The notes beneath the pieces were generated by a model. It was not told where the DNA came from. It made no database searches and saw only the letters and a list, made by a program, of their open reading frames with translations. From assembly GCA_002729695.1 (NCBI GenBank), contig PBYQ01000035.1:65344-129343 (forward strand): a DNA stretch of 64,000 bases, in the 5' to 3' direction. A program made the translations under genes and the position numbers. This DNA comes from Citromicrobium sp. (GTDB lineage Bacteria; Pseudomonadota; Alphaproteobacteria; Sphingomonadales; Sphingomonadaceae). Below, piece after piece: positions 1-8,793 of the stretch (positions are counted from its first letter, which is position 1; each line of letters begins with the position of its first letter).

Positions 1-1163
1 TACTGGTAGCGGCTTTCGAACCAGCTCGTCACGTCGTCGAAGGATGCCGCGATCAGCTGCTTTCCGTCGGGCCCGACCACGAATTCGAGGGGCGTCTGGC
101 CGGTGAAATTGCCCGGCTGCCCATGGGTGAGAATCCATTCCATCGAGTTGTAGTTGCGACGGTCGTTCTCGAGTTCGGAATGCAACCAGTCGAACGACAG
201 CTCGAGGCCATCGGTCGGCGCGAGCTGGATGGAGCCGGTCAGGCCCAGTCGCTTCTGGTCGTTACCAAAGTAGTCCGCGCGCGGCAGGCGGGGTGCCCAC
301 AGGCAATCGAGCGGGTCGGCTGCGCCGCAGCTGCCATCGACGGTTCCGATGACGGTCGGATTGGTATCCGCCCAGCTGTCGCCGGTTTCGTAAGGCGAGG
401 TATAGCGGACGGTGCCGAAGCCTTCCTGCTGCACCGTGCGTTCCGAATAGGCGGCGGAGAACAGAACCCCGACCATACCATCGGCGAAGGTATCGCTGAC
501 GAGCGCGGTCAGCCGGGGATCGACCTTCTGGCTCAGCGAGTTGTAGCCGGCCTGCGCCGACCCCACCACGGTGAGGCCGGGGTAATCGAAGGGGTGGGCC
601 GTATAGAGGTCGACCGTGCCGGCGATGCCGCCTTCCTCGATCGAGGCGCGCTGCGACTTCTGCACGTCGATCCGGTTGAACAGCTCGGACGCGAAGATGT
701 GGAAGTCGAACGAGCGACCGGAGTTGATCGTGAAGCCACCCGAATCGAGCCCGTCCGAACTGGCGGGCACTTCCATGCCGTTGAGGGTCGTGCGGGTGAA
801 ATCGGGGGCGAAACCGCGCAGGGTGATGTTGCGACCTTCGCCGCCTTCGCGTGAGACCGCGACGCCCGGGATGCGCTGGATCGATTCGGCGATGTTGAGG
901 TCCGGCATCTTGGCGATGTCTTCGGCGACGATGCTGTCGACGACGTTCACCGCATCGCGCTTGATGTCCTGCGCTTCTTTCAGGGACCCGCGAAACCCGG
1001 TGACGACGATGGTGTTGTCGTCCTGCGCGCTCTCGGGCTCGGCCTGGGCTGCAGGATCATCCTGACTGGTTTGAGCCTGAGCTGCGGTGCCGGGGAGCGC
1101 AAAGCCCGCCAGCATGACCACACCCATGGCCGACGACGAAAGCGTACGCGAAACCAAGCTCAT
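1..1163 (-). CDS. TonB-dependent receptor, N-terminal part (3' end runs off the window)
   Basis: Own minus-strand translation from ATG at 1163-1161. It gives signal peptide MSLVSRTLSSSAMGVVMLAGFALPGTAAQA, then DDNTIVVTGFRGSLKEAQDIKRDAVNVVDSIVAEDIAKMPDLNIAESIQRIPGV...GEGRNITLRGF (TonB box/plug signature). The frame is open to position 1. It is absent from the ORF track because no stop lies in the window. Confidence 0.8.
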   Translation of the reverse strand, partial: MSLVSRTLSSSAMGVVMLAGFALPGTAAQAQTSQDDPAAQAEPESAQDDNTIVVTGFRGSLKEAQDIKRDAVNVVDSIVAEDIAKMPDLNIAESIQRIPGVAVSREGGEGRNITLRGFAPDFTRTTLNGMEVPASSDGLDSGGFTINSGRSFDFHIFASELFNRIDVQKSQRASIEEGGIAGTVDLYTAHPFDYPGLTVVGSAQAGYNSLSQKVDPRLTALVSDTFADGMVGVLFSAAYSERTVQQEGFGTVRYTSPYETGDSWADTNPTVIGTVDGSCGAADPLDCLWAPRLPRADYFGNDQKRLGLTGSIQLAPTDGLELSFDWLHSELENDRRNYNSMEWILTHGQPGNFTGQTPLEFVVGPDGKQLIAASFDDVTSWFESRYQ

Positions 1164-1223
1164 CCGACTTTTTAGCATTCCTCTCTCCCATTTCCCACAG
1201 CTCACGTCGTTCTGATGCGACGA

Positions 1224-1275
1224 TGATACCGGTGTCAACAAAGCGACGGGTTAAGTAGGTTTGATACCGGTGTCA
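1224..1275. promoter_or_regulatory. Two exact copies of a LacI/GalR-type 14-bp box, TGATACCGGTGTCA, upstream of the TonB-dependent receptor
   Basis: The 16-mer TGATACCGGTGTCAAC occurs at 1224-1239 and 1262-1277. Its core fits TG-NN-A-N-CG-N-T-NN-CA, and on the receptor strand each copy contains TTGACA. Confidence 0.4.
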
Positions 1276-1385
1276 ACCATCTGGCTCGACCGCTTTCATA
1301 AGACAGTGATCTCCGCTTTCCTTCTGAAGGATCGCCGAGGCAGTGTGTTGCGCGCCTTCATCGACTGGCTTGGTCTGACCAGACC

Positions 1386-1423
1386 TTGACGTGGAGGCGA
1401 CATATATTAGATAATACTGATAT
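1386..1423 (+). promoter_or_regulatory. Candidate promoter with overlapping inverted-repeat operator upstream of the YeeE-like operon
   Basis: TTGACG lies at 1386-1391 and TAGATA about 16 nt downstream. The inverted repeat ATATTAG-ATAATA-CTGATAT (1404-1423, 6/7 arms) sits in an unusually AT-rich patch about 50 bp before the 1472 start. Confidence 0.4.
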
Positions 1424-1471
1424 GAAAATACTCGCCCTCTCTCCTGTCGCTGTCGCCGGATCGTTCGCACC

Positions 1472-1918
1472 ATGATCCTGCCAGGATTTCCCGATGCGCA
1501 ACCGGTCGAAGGACTGGTCGGCGGCCTCATGATCGGCGCTTCTGCCGCGATCATGCTGCTCGGCCTGGGCCGAATCGCGGGTGTCTCGGGCCTGTTCGCC
1601 CGCGCCATCCGGATCGAGGCGAGCGCGACCCCGTGGGCGATCGCGGCGCTGTTCGTTGCCGGGCTGGTCCTTGGCGGTGCGGTATTTGCCGGGATCGCCG
1701 GGCCGATAAAGGCACACTATCCGCCGGGCTTCGGCTGGCTGATCGCGGGCGGGCTTCTGGTGGGCTTCGGGACGCGGTTCGGTTCGGGCTGCACCAGCGG
1801 CCACGGCGTCTGCGGCATGTCCCGCCTTTCGCCGCGCTCGCTCGCAGCGGTCGCGACCTTCATCGCGTCCGGCATGGTCACGGTCGCGATCGTCAACGCG
1901 ATGGGAGGCGGCTGGTGA
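1472..1918 (+). CDS. YeeE/YedE family sulfur-compound transporter half-protein
   Basis: 148-aa polytopic membrane protein with SGCTSGHGVCG-type motif (GSGCTSGHGVCGMSRLS). ATGA overlap with the next gene. Confidence 0.8.
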   Translation: MILPGFPDAQPVEGLVGGLMIGASAAIMLLGLGRIAGVSGLFARAIRIEASATPWAIAALFVAGLVLGGAVFAGIAGPIKAHYPPGFGWLIAGGLLVGFGTRFGSGCTSGHGVCGMSRLSPRSLAAVATFIASGMVTVAIVNAMGGGW

Positions 1919-2337
1919 TGCGCTGGTTCGTCGCACTTCTCTCGGGCACGCTGTTCGGCGCGGGGCTCGCTCTGTCGGGCATGATGGACCCGGCGCGCGT
2001 GCGCGGCTTCCTCGACATCTTCGGAGCGTGGGACCCGACTCTCGCCTTCGTGATGGGCGGGGCGGTGATCGTGATGGCGGGCGCCTGGGCGATCCAGCGC
2101 AGGATGGCAGGCCCTGCGCTCGACACGACCTTCCAGCTGCCGGGCACGAAGAAACTGGACGCGCGCCTGATCGGCGGATCGGCGCTGTTCGGGGCGGGCT
2201 GGGGGCTGGCGGGCCTGTGCCCCGGGCCGGGGATCGCCTCGCTCACCACCTCGCCGCTCCCCGCCGCCACCTTTGTGGTCGCGATGATTGCCGGTATGGC
2301 GCTCTACGCGGCTCTCCCGTCGAACAGGAAGGACTAG
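1918..2337 (+). CDS. YeeE/YedE-like membrane protein (second half-protein)
   Basis: Internal ATG of track ORF 1633..2337 at 1918 (MRWFVALLSGTLFGAGLALSGMMDP...), with a GLCPGPG motif. Translationally coupled to 1472..1918. Confidence 0.8.
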   Translation: MRWFVALLSGTLFGAGLALSGMMDPARVRGFLDIFGAWDPTLAFVMGGAVIVMAGAWAIQRRMAGPALDTTFQLPGTKKLDARLIGGSALFGAGWGLAGLCPGPGIASLTTSPLPAATFVVAMIAGMALYAALPSNRKD

Positions 2338-2344
2338 GTTCACC

Positions 2345-2752
2345 ATGCAGGCCAACCGGCTCACCAAAAAGCACTCCGTCAGCGGCCAGATCGAGCCCTC
2401 CGACGTCGAGGCGATCAAGGCGGCGGGTTTCACCGCGATCATCTGCAACCGTCCCGATGGCGAGGCTCCGGGACAGCCGACGATAGCTCAGGTTGCGGCT
2501 GCGGCAGAGGCGGCGGGCATTGCCTTTCATGCCAACCCGATGGTCGGCGGAACGCTTCCGGGCGACATCGTCGAGAAGCAGGGCGAAATCCTGCGCGGCG
2601 CCGATGCTCCGGTGCTCGCCTATTGCGCATCGGGCCGCCGCAGCACCGCGCTGTGGATGCTTTCCAATCCCGATCAACTCGACGCGGACGAGCGCCTTCG
2701 CCGCGCGGAGGAAGCCGGGTACGATCTGGAGATGCTGCGCCCGCAATTGTGA
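2345..2752 (+). CDS. DUF442/TIGR01244-type sulfurtransferase-phosphatase-like protein (Blh N-domain-like)
   Basis: MQANRLTKKHSVSGQIEPSDVEAIKAAGFTAIICNRPDGE...YCASGRRS. The start is taken at the ATG at 2345 inside track ORF 2288..2752. Confidence 0.7.
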   Translation: MQANRLTKKHSVSGQIEPSDVEAIKAAGFTAIICNRPDGEAPGQPTIAQVAAAAEAAGIAFHANPMVGGTLPGDIVEKQGEILRGADAPVLAYCASGRRSTALWMLSNPDQLDADERLRRAEEAGYDLEMLRPQL

Positions 2753-2762
2753 GCGGGGTGTG

Positions 2763-3089
2763 TCAGCCCTCGGCGTGGTCCGTCGGCGGCACACCGCAAT
2801 AAAGCTGGTAGAGCGCAGCCATGACCGCCTGCGCTTCCTTGCCTTCGAGCGCGTACCAGATGAACCGCGAATCGCGCCGCGTGCGAACCAGTCCGCTGCG
2901 CCGGAGCACGCCGAGGTGCTGCGACAGCGCCGATTGCGACAGGGGCACCCGCTCGCCCAGTTCGGCGACGTGCATCTCGCGCTCTGCCAGCAGGCACAGG
3001 ATCATCAGCCGATGCTCGTTCGCCATCGACTTCAGCAGCTCTGTGGCCTGCCGGGCGTTCTCCGCAAGGACGTCGGTGGGCAAATCCAT
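2763..3089 (-). CDS. ArsR/SmtB-family regulator, BigR/SqrR-like persulfide sensor
   Basis: 108 aa with winged helix (HVAELGERVPLSQSALSQHLGVLRRSGLV). It has only two Cys, C32 and C98, 66 residues apart. Confidence 0.85.
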   Translation of the reverse strand: MDLPTDVLAENARQATELLKSMANEHRLMILCLLAEREMHVAELGERVPLSQSALSQHLGVLRRSGLVRTRRDSRFIWYALEGKEAQAVMAALYQLYCGVPPTDHAEG

Positions 3090-3135
3090 GGCGCTTCGTA
3101 CCTGATTGTTCGCAGGAATGCATCAACCCCTGCCT

Positions 3136-3162
3136 GCGCGACGCAGCACCTCTGCGTCGCGC
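3136..3162. promoter_or_regulatory. Perfect 11-bp inverted repeat in the arsR-apbC divergent region
   Basis: GCGCGACGCAG-cacct-CTGCGTCGCGC. It could be an operator or a 5'-UTR hairpin; function unknown. Confidence 0.3.
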
Positions 3163-3198
3163 TGTACTCGTGCGCAAGCCCCCACTAGGAGGCACACC

Positions 3199-4290
3199 AT
3201 GCTTCGCCCCCTATCCGAAAAGCGCGTGCGCCGGGCCCTCGGCGCGATTCCCAATCCCGTGACCGGCAAGGACCTGGTTTCTTCCGGCAATGTCGAGGGG
3301 ATCGCGATCAGGGATGGCGCGGTCACCGTGATCCTCGCCATCGATGCGTCCGCGCGCGGAGCGATGGAGGCAGTCGCCAAGGAGTGCGAGCAGGCCATCG
3401 GCAAGCTCTCGGGCGTAAAATCGGTGCGAGTCGCACTGACCGCGCAGCGCGAAGCGCCGCCGAGCGAACCCGCCCATGCCCGTCGCGCGGCCCCCACTCC
3501 CAAACCGCCTTCGCCCGTGGCGCTGCCGGGTGTCGCCAAGATAGTCGCGGTCGCCAGCGGCAAGGGCGGCGTGGGCAAGTCGACCACCTCGACCAACCTT
3601 GCCCTCGCGCTCGCCGCCCGCGGGCTCAAGGTTGCGCTGCTCGATGCCGACATCTTCGGGCCCAGCATCCCGCGTATGCTGGGTGCGGGCGAGGGCCCGA
3701 AGTTTGCCGAGGACGATCGCATCCGTCCGGTGGTCCGCCACGGGATCAAGACGATATCGATGGGGCATCTGGTGCCCGAAGAACGCGCGACCGTGTGGCG
3801 CGGCCCCAAGGTGATGGGCGCGATGAAGCAGCTGCTCCACGGGGTTGCGTGGGACGATGGCGGCCCGGTCGACGTGCTGGTGGTCGACCTGCCGCCGGGC
3901 ACGGGTGACGTCCAGCTCAGCCTGATGCAGGGCGTGCCGGTCGATGGCGCAGTGCTGGTCTCCACCCCGCAGGACATCGCGCTGATCGACGCGCGCAAGG
4001 CGCAGGACCTGTTCGACCAGATCAAGGTGCCCGTGCTCGGCATGATCGAGAACATGAGCCAGTTCATCTGCCCCGACTGCGGCAGTGCACATGATATCTT
4101 CGGCCATGGCGGCGCGGTCGATGCGGCGCGCGAGCGGGGGCTCGACGTGCTCGGCCAGATCCCGCTCGACCCCGCGATCATGCGGCAGGCGGAGGAAGGC
4201 GTGCCGATCGTGATCGCCGCGCCCGACAGCGGCGCGGCAGACGCCTATCGTTCGATTGCCGAGCAGGTGGCGGGCAAGCTTTCGCTCTAG
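3199..4290 (+). CDS. apbC: Mrp/NBP35 (ApbC) iron-sulfur cluster carrier ATPase
   Basis: ATG at 3199 preceded by AGGAGG. It has an N-terminal DUF59-like region, the deviant Walker A SGKGGVGKST and the motif CPDCG. Confidence 0.9.
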   Translation: MLRPLSEKRVRRALGAIPNPVTGKDLVSSGNVEGIAIRDGAVTVILAIDASARGAMEAVAKECEQAIGKLSGVKSVRVALTAQREAPPSEPAHARRAAPTPKPPSPVALPGVAKIVAVASGKGGVGKSTTSTNLALALAARGLKVALLDADIFGPSIPRMLGAGEGPKFAEDDRIRPVVRHGIKTISMGHLVPEERATVWRGPKVMGAMKQLLHGVAWDDGGPVDVLVVDLPPGTGDVQLSLMQGVPVDGAVLVSTPQDIALIDARKAQDLFDQIKVPVLGMIENMSQFICPDCGSAHDIFGHGGAVDAARERGLDVLGQIPLDPAIMRQAEEGVPIVIAAPDSGAADAYRSIAEQVAGKLSL

Positions 4291-4422
4291 CGCCCCCGTC
4301 CGGCGCGAGAATTAGCGCCGGTGCCGTCCACTCCCCGACTGTCAGTTCTACCAGTTCTCATCCGGTCCGTCCGCGTTACCTGAGGGTGGCCGGATCTGCA
4401 CCGGCGACGGCAATTTTGAGGG

Positions 4423-4902
4423 ATGGGAATAATGGGCGGATTCTTGGGAACGGGTATGAAGTCGGCGCGCGGCTTCGCGATGGCACTGGCTCTCCTTTCG
4501 GGGACGGCGGCGCTGGCCGGAGCGACGGAGGATTACAACGCGGCCTATGCTGCTCTCGAGCAGAAAAATTATGTTACTGCAGGCCAGCTATTTCAGAAAT
4601 TCGCGCAGAATTATCCCACCGACAGCCGGGCCGGTACCGCCGTCTACTGGTGGGGCGAAACGGCCTATGTGCAGCTGGATTTCACCTCCGCCGCGACGAT
4701 CTATATGAATGGCTACCAGAAGTATCCCCAGTCCCCCAAGGCAGCGAACATGCTGCTCGGGGCGGGCCTGTCGCTTGCCAAGCTCGGCAAGACGAAGGAA
4801 GCGTGCACCGCCTTTGCCATGCTGTCGAGCCAATACCCGAATGCGACGGGGCTGGTAACGCGCCTCGCCGCAGCGGAGAAGAGCCGCCTCAACTGCAGAT
4901 AG
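4423..4902 (+). CDS. TPR protein resembling the YbgF/CpoB C-terminal domain
   Basis: Signal peptide MKSARGFAMALALLSGTAALAGA, followed by TPR-like YbgF motifs (YPTDSRAGTAVYWWGETAY, YPQSPKAANMLLGAGLSLAKLGK). The start is ambiguous (4423, 4432 or 4456). Confidence 0.6.
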   Translation: MGIMGGFLGTGMKSARGFAMALALLSGTAALAGATEDYNAAYAALEQKNYVTAGQLFQKFAQNYPTDSRAGTAVYWWGETAYVQLDFTSAATIYMNGYQKYPQSPKAANMLLGAGLSLAKLGKTKEACTAFAMLSSQYPNATGLVTRLAAAEKSRLNCR

Positions 4903-5019
4903 TGGGCCTGAAGCCCAGCACCACGCGGTGACGCTATCCCTTATGGTGCGTCGCCGCTTGACCCTTCGCGTGCGTTTCTCCAGCATCGGTTTCAAAGCGA
5001 TACCTATGGGAGAGACACT

Positions 5020-5781
5020 GTGAGCGAAGACCTGCTGACCGAGGTGAAGGACGGCGTGCTCGTCATCACCATCAACCGCCCCGAAGCCAAAAATGCGATG
5101 AACAAGGCGGCGGCCGAAGGCATCGCCGCCGCGCTCGACCGGCTCGACGCCGAGGACGACCTGCGCGTGGCGGTGCTCACCGGGGCGGGCGGCACCTTCT
5201 GTTCTGGGATGGACCTCAAGGGCTTCCTGCGCGGCGAAAGCCCGGTGGTCGAAGGGCGCGGTTTCGGCGGGCTGACCCAGAAAAGCTCCGCAAAGCCGAT
5301 CATCGCGGCGGTCGAGGGCTATGCGCTGGCCGGCGGGCTAGAACTGATGATCGCGTGCGACCTGGTCGTCGCCAACAAGGATTCCAAGTTCGGTATTCCC
5401 GAGGCGAAGCGCGGGCTCGTCGCGGCGGGTGGCGGCTTGCTGCGCCTGCCCGACCAGATCCCGCACAAGGTCGCGATGGAGCTGGCGCTGACCGGCGATT
5501 TCATCGACGCGGCCCGGGCCTACGACCTCGGTCTGATCAATCGGGTGACCGACGGCTCGGCGATCGACGGCGCGATGGAGCTGGCGAAGAGCATTTCCGC
5601 CAACGGTCCGCTGGCGGTGAAGGTCTCCAAGAAGATCATCGAGGAATCGCGCGGGTGGAGCCTCGACACGCGGTGGGAAGAACAGGGCAAGCTGATGCCC
5701 CAGATCTTCATGAGCGAGGACGCGCGCGAAGGCGCGGCGGCCTTCGCCGAGAAGCGTGCGCCGAACTGGAAGGGCAAGTAA
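5020..5781 (+). CDS. Enoyl-CoA hydratase/isomerase (crotonase) family protein
   Basis: GTG start after GGAGAG. Crotonase motifs are present: ITINRPEAKNAM, GAGGTFCSGMDLK, AAVEGYALAGGLEL. Confidence 0.9.
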   Translation: MSEDLLTEVKDGVLVITINRPEAKNAMNKAAAEGIAAALDRLDAEDDLRVAVLTGAGGTFCSGMDLKGFLRGESPVVEGRGFGGLTQKSSAKPIIAAVEGYALAGGLELMIACDLVVANKDSKFGIPEAKRGLVAAGGGLLRLPDQIPHKVAMELALTGDFIDAARAYDLGLINRVTDGSAIDGAMELAKSISANGPLAVKVSKKIIEESRGWSLDTRWEEQGKLMPQIFMSEDAREGAAAFAEKRAPNWKGK

Positions 5782-6929
5782 TGGCGGGCCCGCTGGCGGG
5801 CCTGCGCATCGTCGAATTCGCAGGGATCGGCCCGGGGCCGTTCTGCGGGATGATGCTGGCGGACCACGGCGCGGAAGTGATCCGCATCGACCGCGCCAGC
5901 GGCGGGCGCGGCGGTTCGCAGCCAATCTCGAACAAGGATGTCCTCGCACGGGGGCGCAAGTCGATCGCGCTCAACCTCAAGAGCGAAGAGGGCATCGCGC
6001 TCGCGCGCAAGCTGTGCGCCAGCGCCGACGGGCTGATCGAAGGCTTCCGCCCCGGCGTGATGGAGCGGCTGGGGCTGGGTCCGGAGGTGCTGCTCGCCGA
6101 TAACCCAAAGCTCGTCTACGGGCGGATGACCGGGTGGGGCCAGACCGGGCCTTATGCTCCTCACGCCGGGCACGACATCAACTATATCGCACTCGCCGGG
6201 GCGCTCGCCCATTTCGGACGCGCGGGAGAGAAGCCCACGCCGCCGATCAATATGGTTGGCGATTTCGGGGGCGGCGGGATGATGCTCGCTTTCGGGATGG
6301 TCTCCGCGCTGCTGAACGTCGCGCGCGGCGGTAAGGGGCAGGTGATCGACGCCGCGATGACCGATGGCACGGCGGTGCTGATGGCGATGATCCACGGCAT
6401 GGCGAACCAGGGCATCTGGCGTGAGGATCTGGGCGCCAACCTGCTCGATACCGGCGCGCATTTCTACGACACCTACGAGACGGCGGACGGCAAGTTCGTC
6501 AGCATCGGCAGCATCGAGCCGCAATTCTATGCCGAGCTGCGCGCGCGGCTGGGCCTTGCCGAAGACCTGGAGTTCGACGTGCAGATGAACCCGGCGCAGT
6601 GGCCCGCGCTGAAGGAAAAACTCGCCGCGATCTTCAAGACCAAGACCCGCGCCGAGTGGGATGCGCTGCTGGAGCACTCCGACGTCTGTTACGCACCGGT
6701 GCTCACCATGAGCGAGGCGCGCGAGCATCCGCACATGGCCGCGCGCGAGACCTTCATCGATGTCGCCGACGGCCCGCAGCCTGCGCCCGCTCCGCGCTAT
6801 TCGGTCACGGCCACCGCAACGCCCTCACCCGCGCCGATGCCGGGGGACGATAGTGACGCGATCCTCAGCGCGTTGGGTCTCGCCGAGGCCGACATCGCAG
6901 CCTTGCGGGAAGCGGGAGCCGTGTCCTGA
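5781..6929 (+). CDS. CaiB/BaiF family CoA-transferase (alpha-methylacyl-CoA racemase-like)
   Basis: Internal ATG at 5781 (TAATG overlap with the previous gene): MAGPLAGLRIVEFAGIGPGPFCGMMLADHGAEVIRIDR. The upstream part of track ORF 5355..6929 overlaps the hydratase gene. Confidence 0.9.
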   Translation: MAGPLAGLRIVEFAGIGPGPFCGMMLADHGAEVIRIDRASGGRGGSQPISNKDVLARGRKSIALNLKSEEGIALARKLCASADGLIEGFRPGVMERLGLGPEVLLADNPKLVYGRMTGWGQTGPYAPHAGHDINYIALAGALAHFGRAGEKPTPPINMVGDFGGGGMMLAFGMVSALLNVARGGKGQVIDAAMTDGTAVLMAMIHGMANQGIWREDLGANLLDTGAHFYDTYETADGKFVSIGSIEPQFYAELRARLGLAEDLEFDVQMNPAQWPALKEKLAAIFKTKTRAEWDALLEHSDVCYAPVLTMSEAREHPHMAARETFIDVADGPQPAPAPRYSVTATATPSPAPMPGDDSDAILSALGLAEADIAALREAGAVS

Positions 6930-6942
6930 AACGGACCCGCGC

Positions 6943-7452
6943 TCAGGCCGCCGTGCGACAGGCGTCCATCTGCTCCCTCGCGCTCTCGGCGTTCGCTAGC
7001 GGGATCGTGACTCGCTGCGGTCCGCCGAGGGTGTCGCCGTCGATCACCACGTCGATGGACCGTTCAAGGTCGCCGAAGGGCAAAAAGCCTCTTTCCACTG
7101 ACGTTATCAGCACGCCGTTGCCCGCGTTCGGATCGAACTGCGCAAATTGATCGTAGATCGGCCGGAGCATCCCGTATCCCTTGTCGAACCAGATCTTGAT
7201 CGTCCCGCGTTCCTCCGGAAGCGCCCAACCGCTTCGCGAGAGGGTCATCCCAAGCAGCCCGTCGGGGCGGTCGAACAGCGCCAATGCGCCCTCCGGCTCG
7301 CCCGATCCCTCCGGCCCCAGCGGCAAGATCAACACGCAGGTCTCCCCCTCGCGACTGACCTGCCATTCGCCCAAGGCGACAGGCTGCCAGGAAGAAGGGA
7401 TCGTCGCTGCGCTCGCCGCAGCGGCCATCGCGATCATTTGCACCAACCCCAT
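6943..7452 (-). CDS. Hypothetical secreted protein
   Basis: 169-aa ORF with an Ala-rich N-terminal signal-like segment. Convergent with the CoA-transferase gene. No recognisable domain. Confidence 0.5.
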   Translation of the reverse strand: MGLVQMIAMAAAASAATIPSSWQPVALGEWQVSREGETCVLILPLGPEGSGEPEGALALFDRPDGLLGMTLSRSGWALPEERGTIKIWFDKGYGMLRPIYDQFAQFDPNAGNGVLITSVERGFLPFGDLERSIDVVIDGDTLGGPQRVTIPLANAESAREQMDACRTAA

Positions 7453-7610
7453 GACTCGAACTCCCGCTATCTGCCCGATGTAACCTCAGCGCTTGTAAGC
7501 TGGCCAATATGAATGAATGCCCCTGCGAGCGGACACCGCTCGCAACTCCATTGCAGTTCGCAACCGATTTGATAGGTTTCCCCCAAAACAGAACCTTGGA
7601 GAGGATCACC

Positions 7611-8774
7611 ATGCCCGCATTGGACGTGCCGCAGCCCGAATTCATGGATGACGAGGAAATCGCCATCTTCGCCGATGCGGTCGGCAAGTTCTACGAAAAG
7701 CATGCGCCCGAAAAGCGCGTGCTCAAATGGCGCGAGGATGGCCAAGTCGACCGCGAGTTCTGGCGCGAGGCGGGCGAGGCGGGGCTGCTCGGTGCCTCGG
7801 TGCCCGAGGAATATGGCGGCCACGGCGGCGATTTCCGGCACGAGATGGTGGTGATCGACCAGCAGGGTCAGCACGGTGTCGAAGGTTTCGCCGCCAGCCT
7901 GCACAACACGATCATCCTGCCCTACCTGGTGCGCCACGGCACCGAAGAGCAGAAGAAGAAATACCTGCCGCGTCTCGTCTCGGGCGACCTCGTCAGCGCC
8001 ATCGCGATGACCGAGCCGGGCGTGGGATCGGACCTGCAATCGATTACGACGACGGCGATCAAGGACGGCAACGGCTACCGCATCAACGGCGCGAAGACCT
8101 ACATCTCGAACGGCCAGATCGCCGATTTCATCATCGTGGTCGCCAAGACCGACCCGAACGAGCGGGCCAAGGGCATCTCGCTGATGCTGCTGGAGACCGA
8201 CGGGGCGGAAGGGTTCCAGCGTGGCAAGAAGCTCGACAAGATCGGGCTCGAAGCACAGGACACCAGCGAGCTGTTCTTCGACGATGTGTTCGTTCCGGCG
8301 GAAAACGTGCTCGGCGGGGAAGAGGGCAAGGGCTTCTACCAGCTGATGGGCGAGCTGCCGCAGGAACGCCTGATCATCGCGATGGGGGCGATGACCACCA
8401 TCGAGCGCGCGCTGGAGGAAACGCTTGCGTTCACCAAGGAGCGCAAGGCCTTCGGCAAGACGATCTGGGATTTCCAGAACACGCAATTCACCCTCGCCGA
8501 GCTGAAGGCGCGCGCGACCGCCGCCAAGGTCTTCGTCAACCACTGCATCGCGCAGCATCTGGAGGGCAAGCTGGACGTGCCGACCGCGTGCATGGCCAAG
8601 CTGTGGCTGACCGAGCTGCAGGGCGAAGTGGTCGACAAGTGCCTGCAGCTGCACGGCGGCTCGGGCTACATCAACGACTACCCCATCGCGCGGATGTTCC
8701 GCGACAGCCGGGTCACGCGGATCTTCGGCGGGTCGAACGAGATCATGAAGATGGTGATCGCGCGCAGCATGTAG
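7611..8774 (+). CDS. Acyl-CoA dehydrogenase
   Basis: ATG at 7611 after GGAGAGGA. ACAD motifs are present (AIAMTEPGVGSDL, YISNG, GGSGYINDYPIARMFRDSRVTRIFGGSNEI). Confidence 0.9.
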   Translation: MPALDVPQPEFMDDEEIAIFADAVGKFYEKHAPEKRVLKWREDGQVDREFWREAGEAGLLGASVPEEYGGHGGDFRHEMVVIDQQGQHGVEGFAASLHNTIILPYLVRHGTEEQKKKYLPRLVSGDLVSAIAMTEPGVGSDLQSITTTAIKDGNGYRINGAKTYISNGQIADFIIVVAKTDPNERAKGISLMLLETDGAEGFQRGKKLDKIGLEAQDTSELFFDDVFVPAENVLGGEEGKGFYQLMGELPQERLIIAMGAMTTIERALEETLAFTKERKAFGKTIWDFQNTQFTLAELKARATAAKVFVNHCIAQHLEGKLDVPTACMAKLWLTELQGEVVDKCLQLHGGSGYINDYPIARMFRDSRVTRIFGGSNEIMKMVIARSM

Positions 8775-8793
8775 CACGTGATCTTGTAGATTC

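Noticed and set aside
5355-5780. The upstream 142 codons of track ORF 5355..6929
   Set aside because: It overlaps the enoyl-CoA hydratase gene in another frame. The CoA-transferase family N-terminus (MAGPLAGLRIVEF) starts at 5781.
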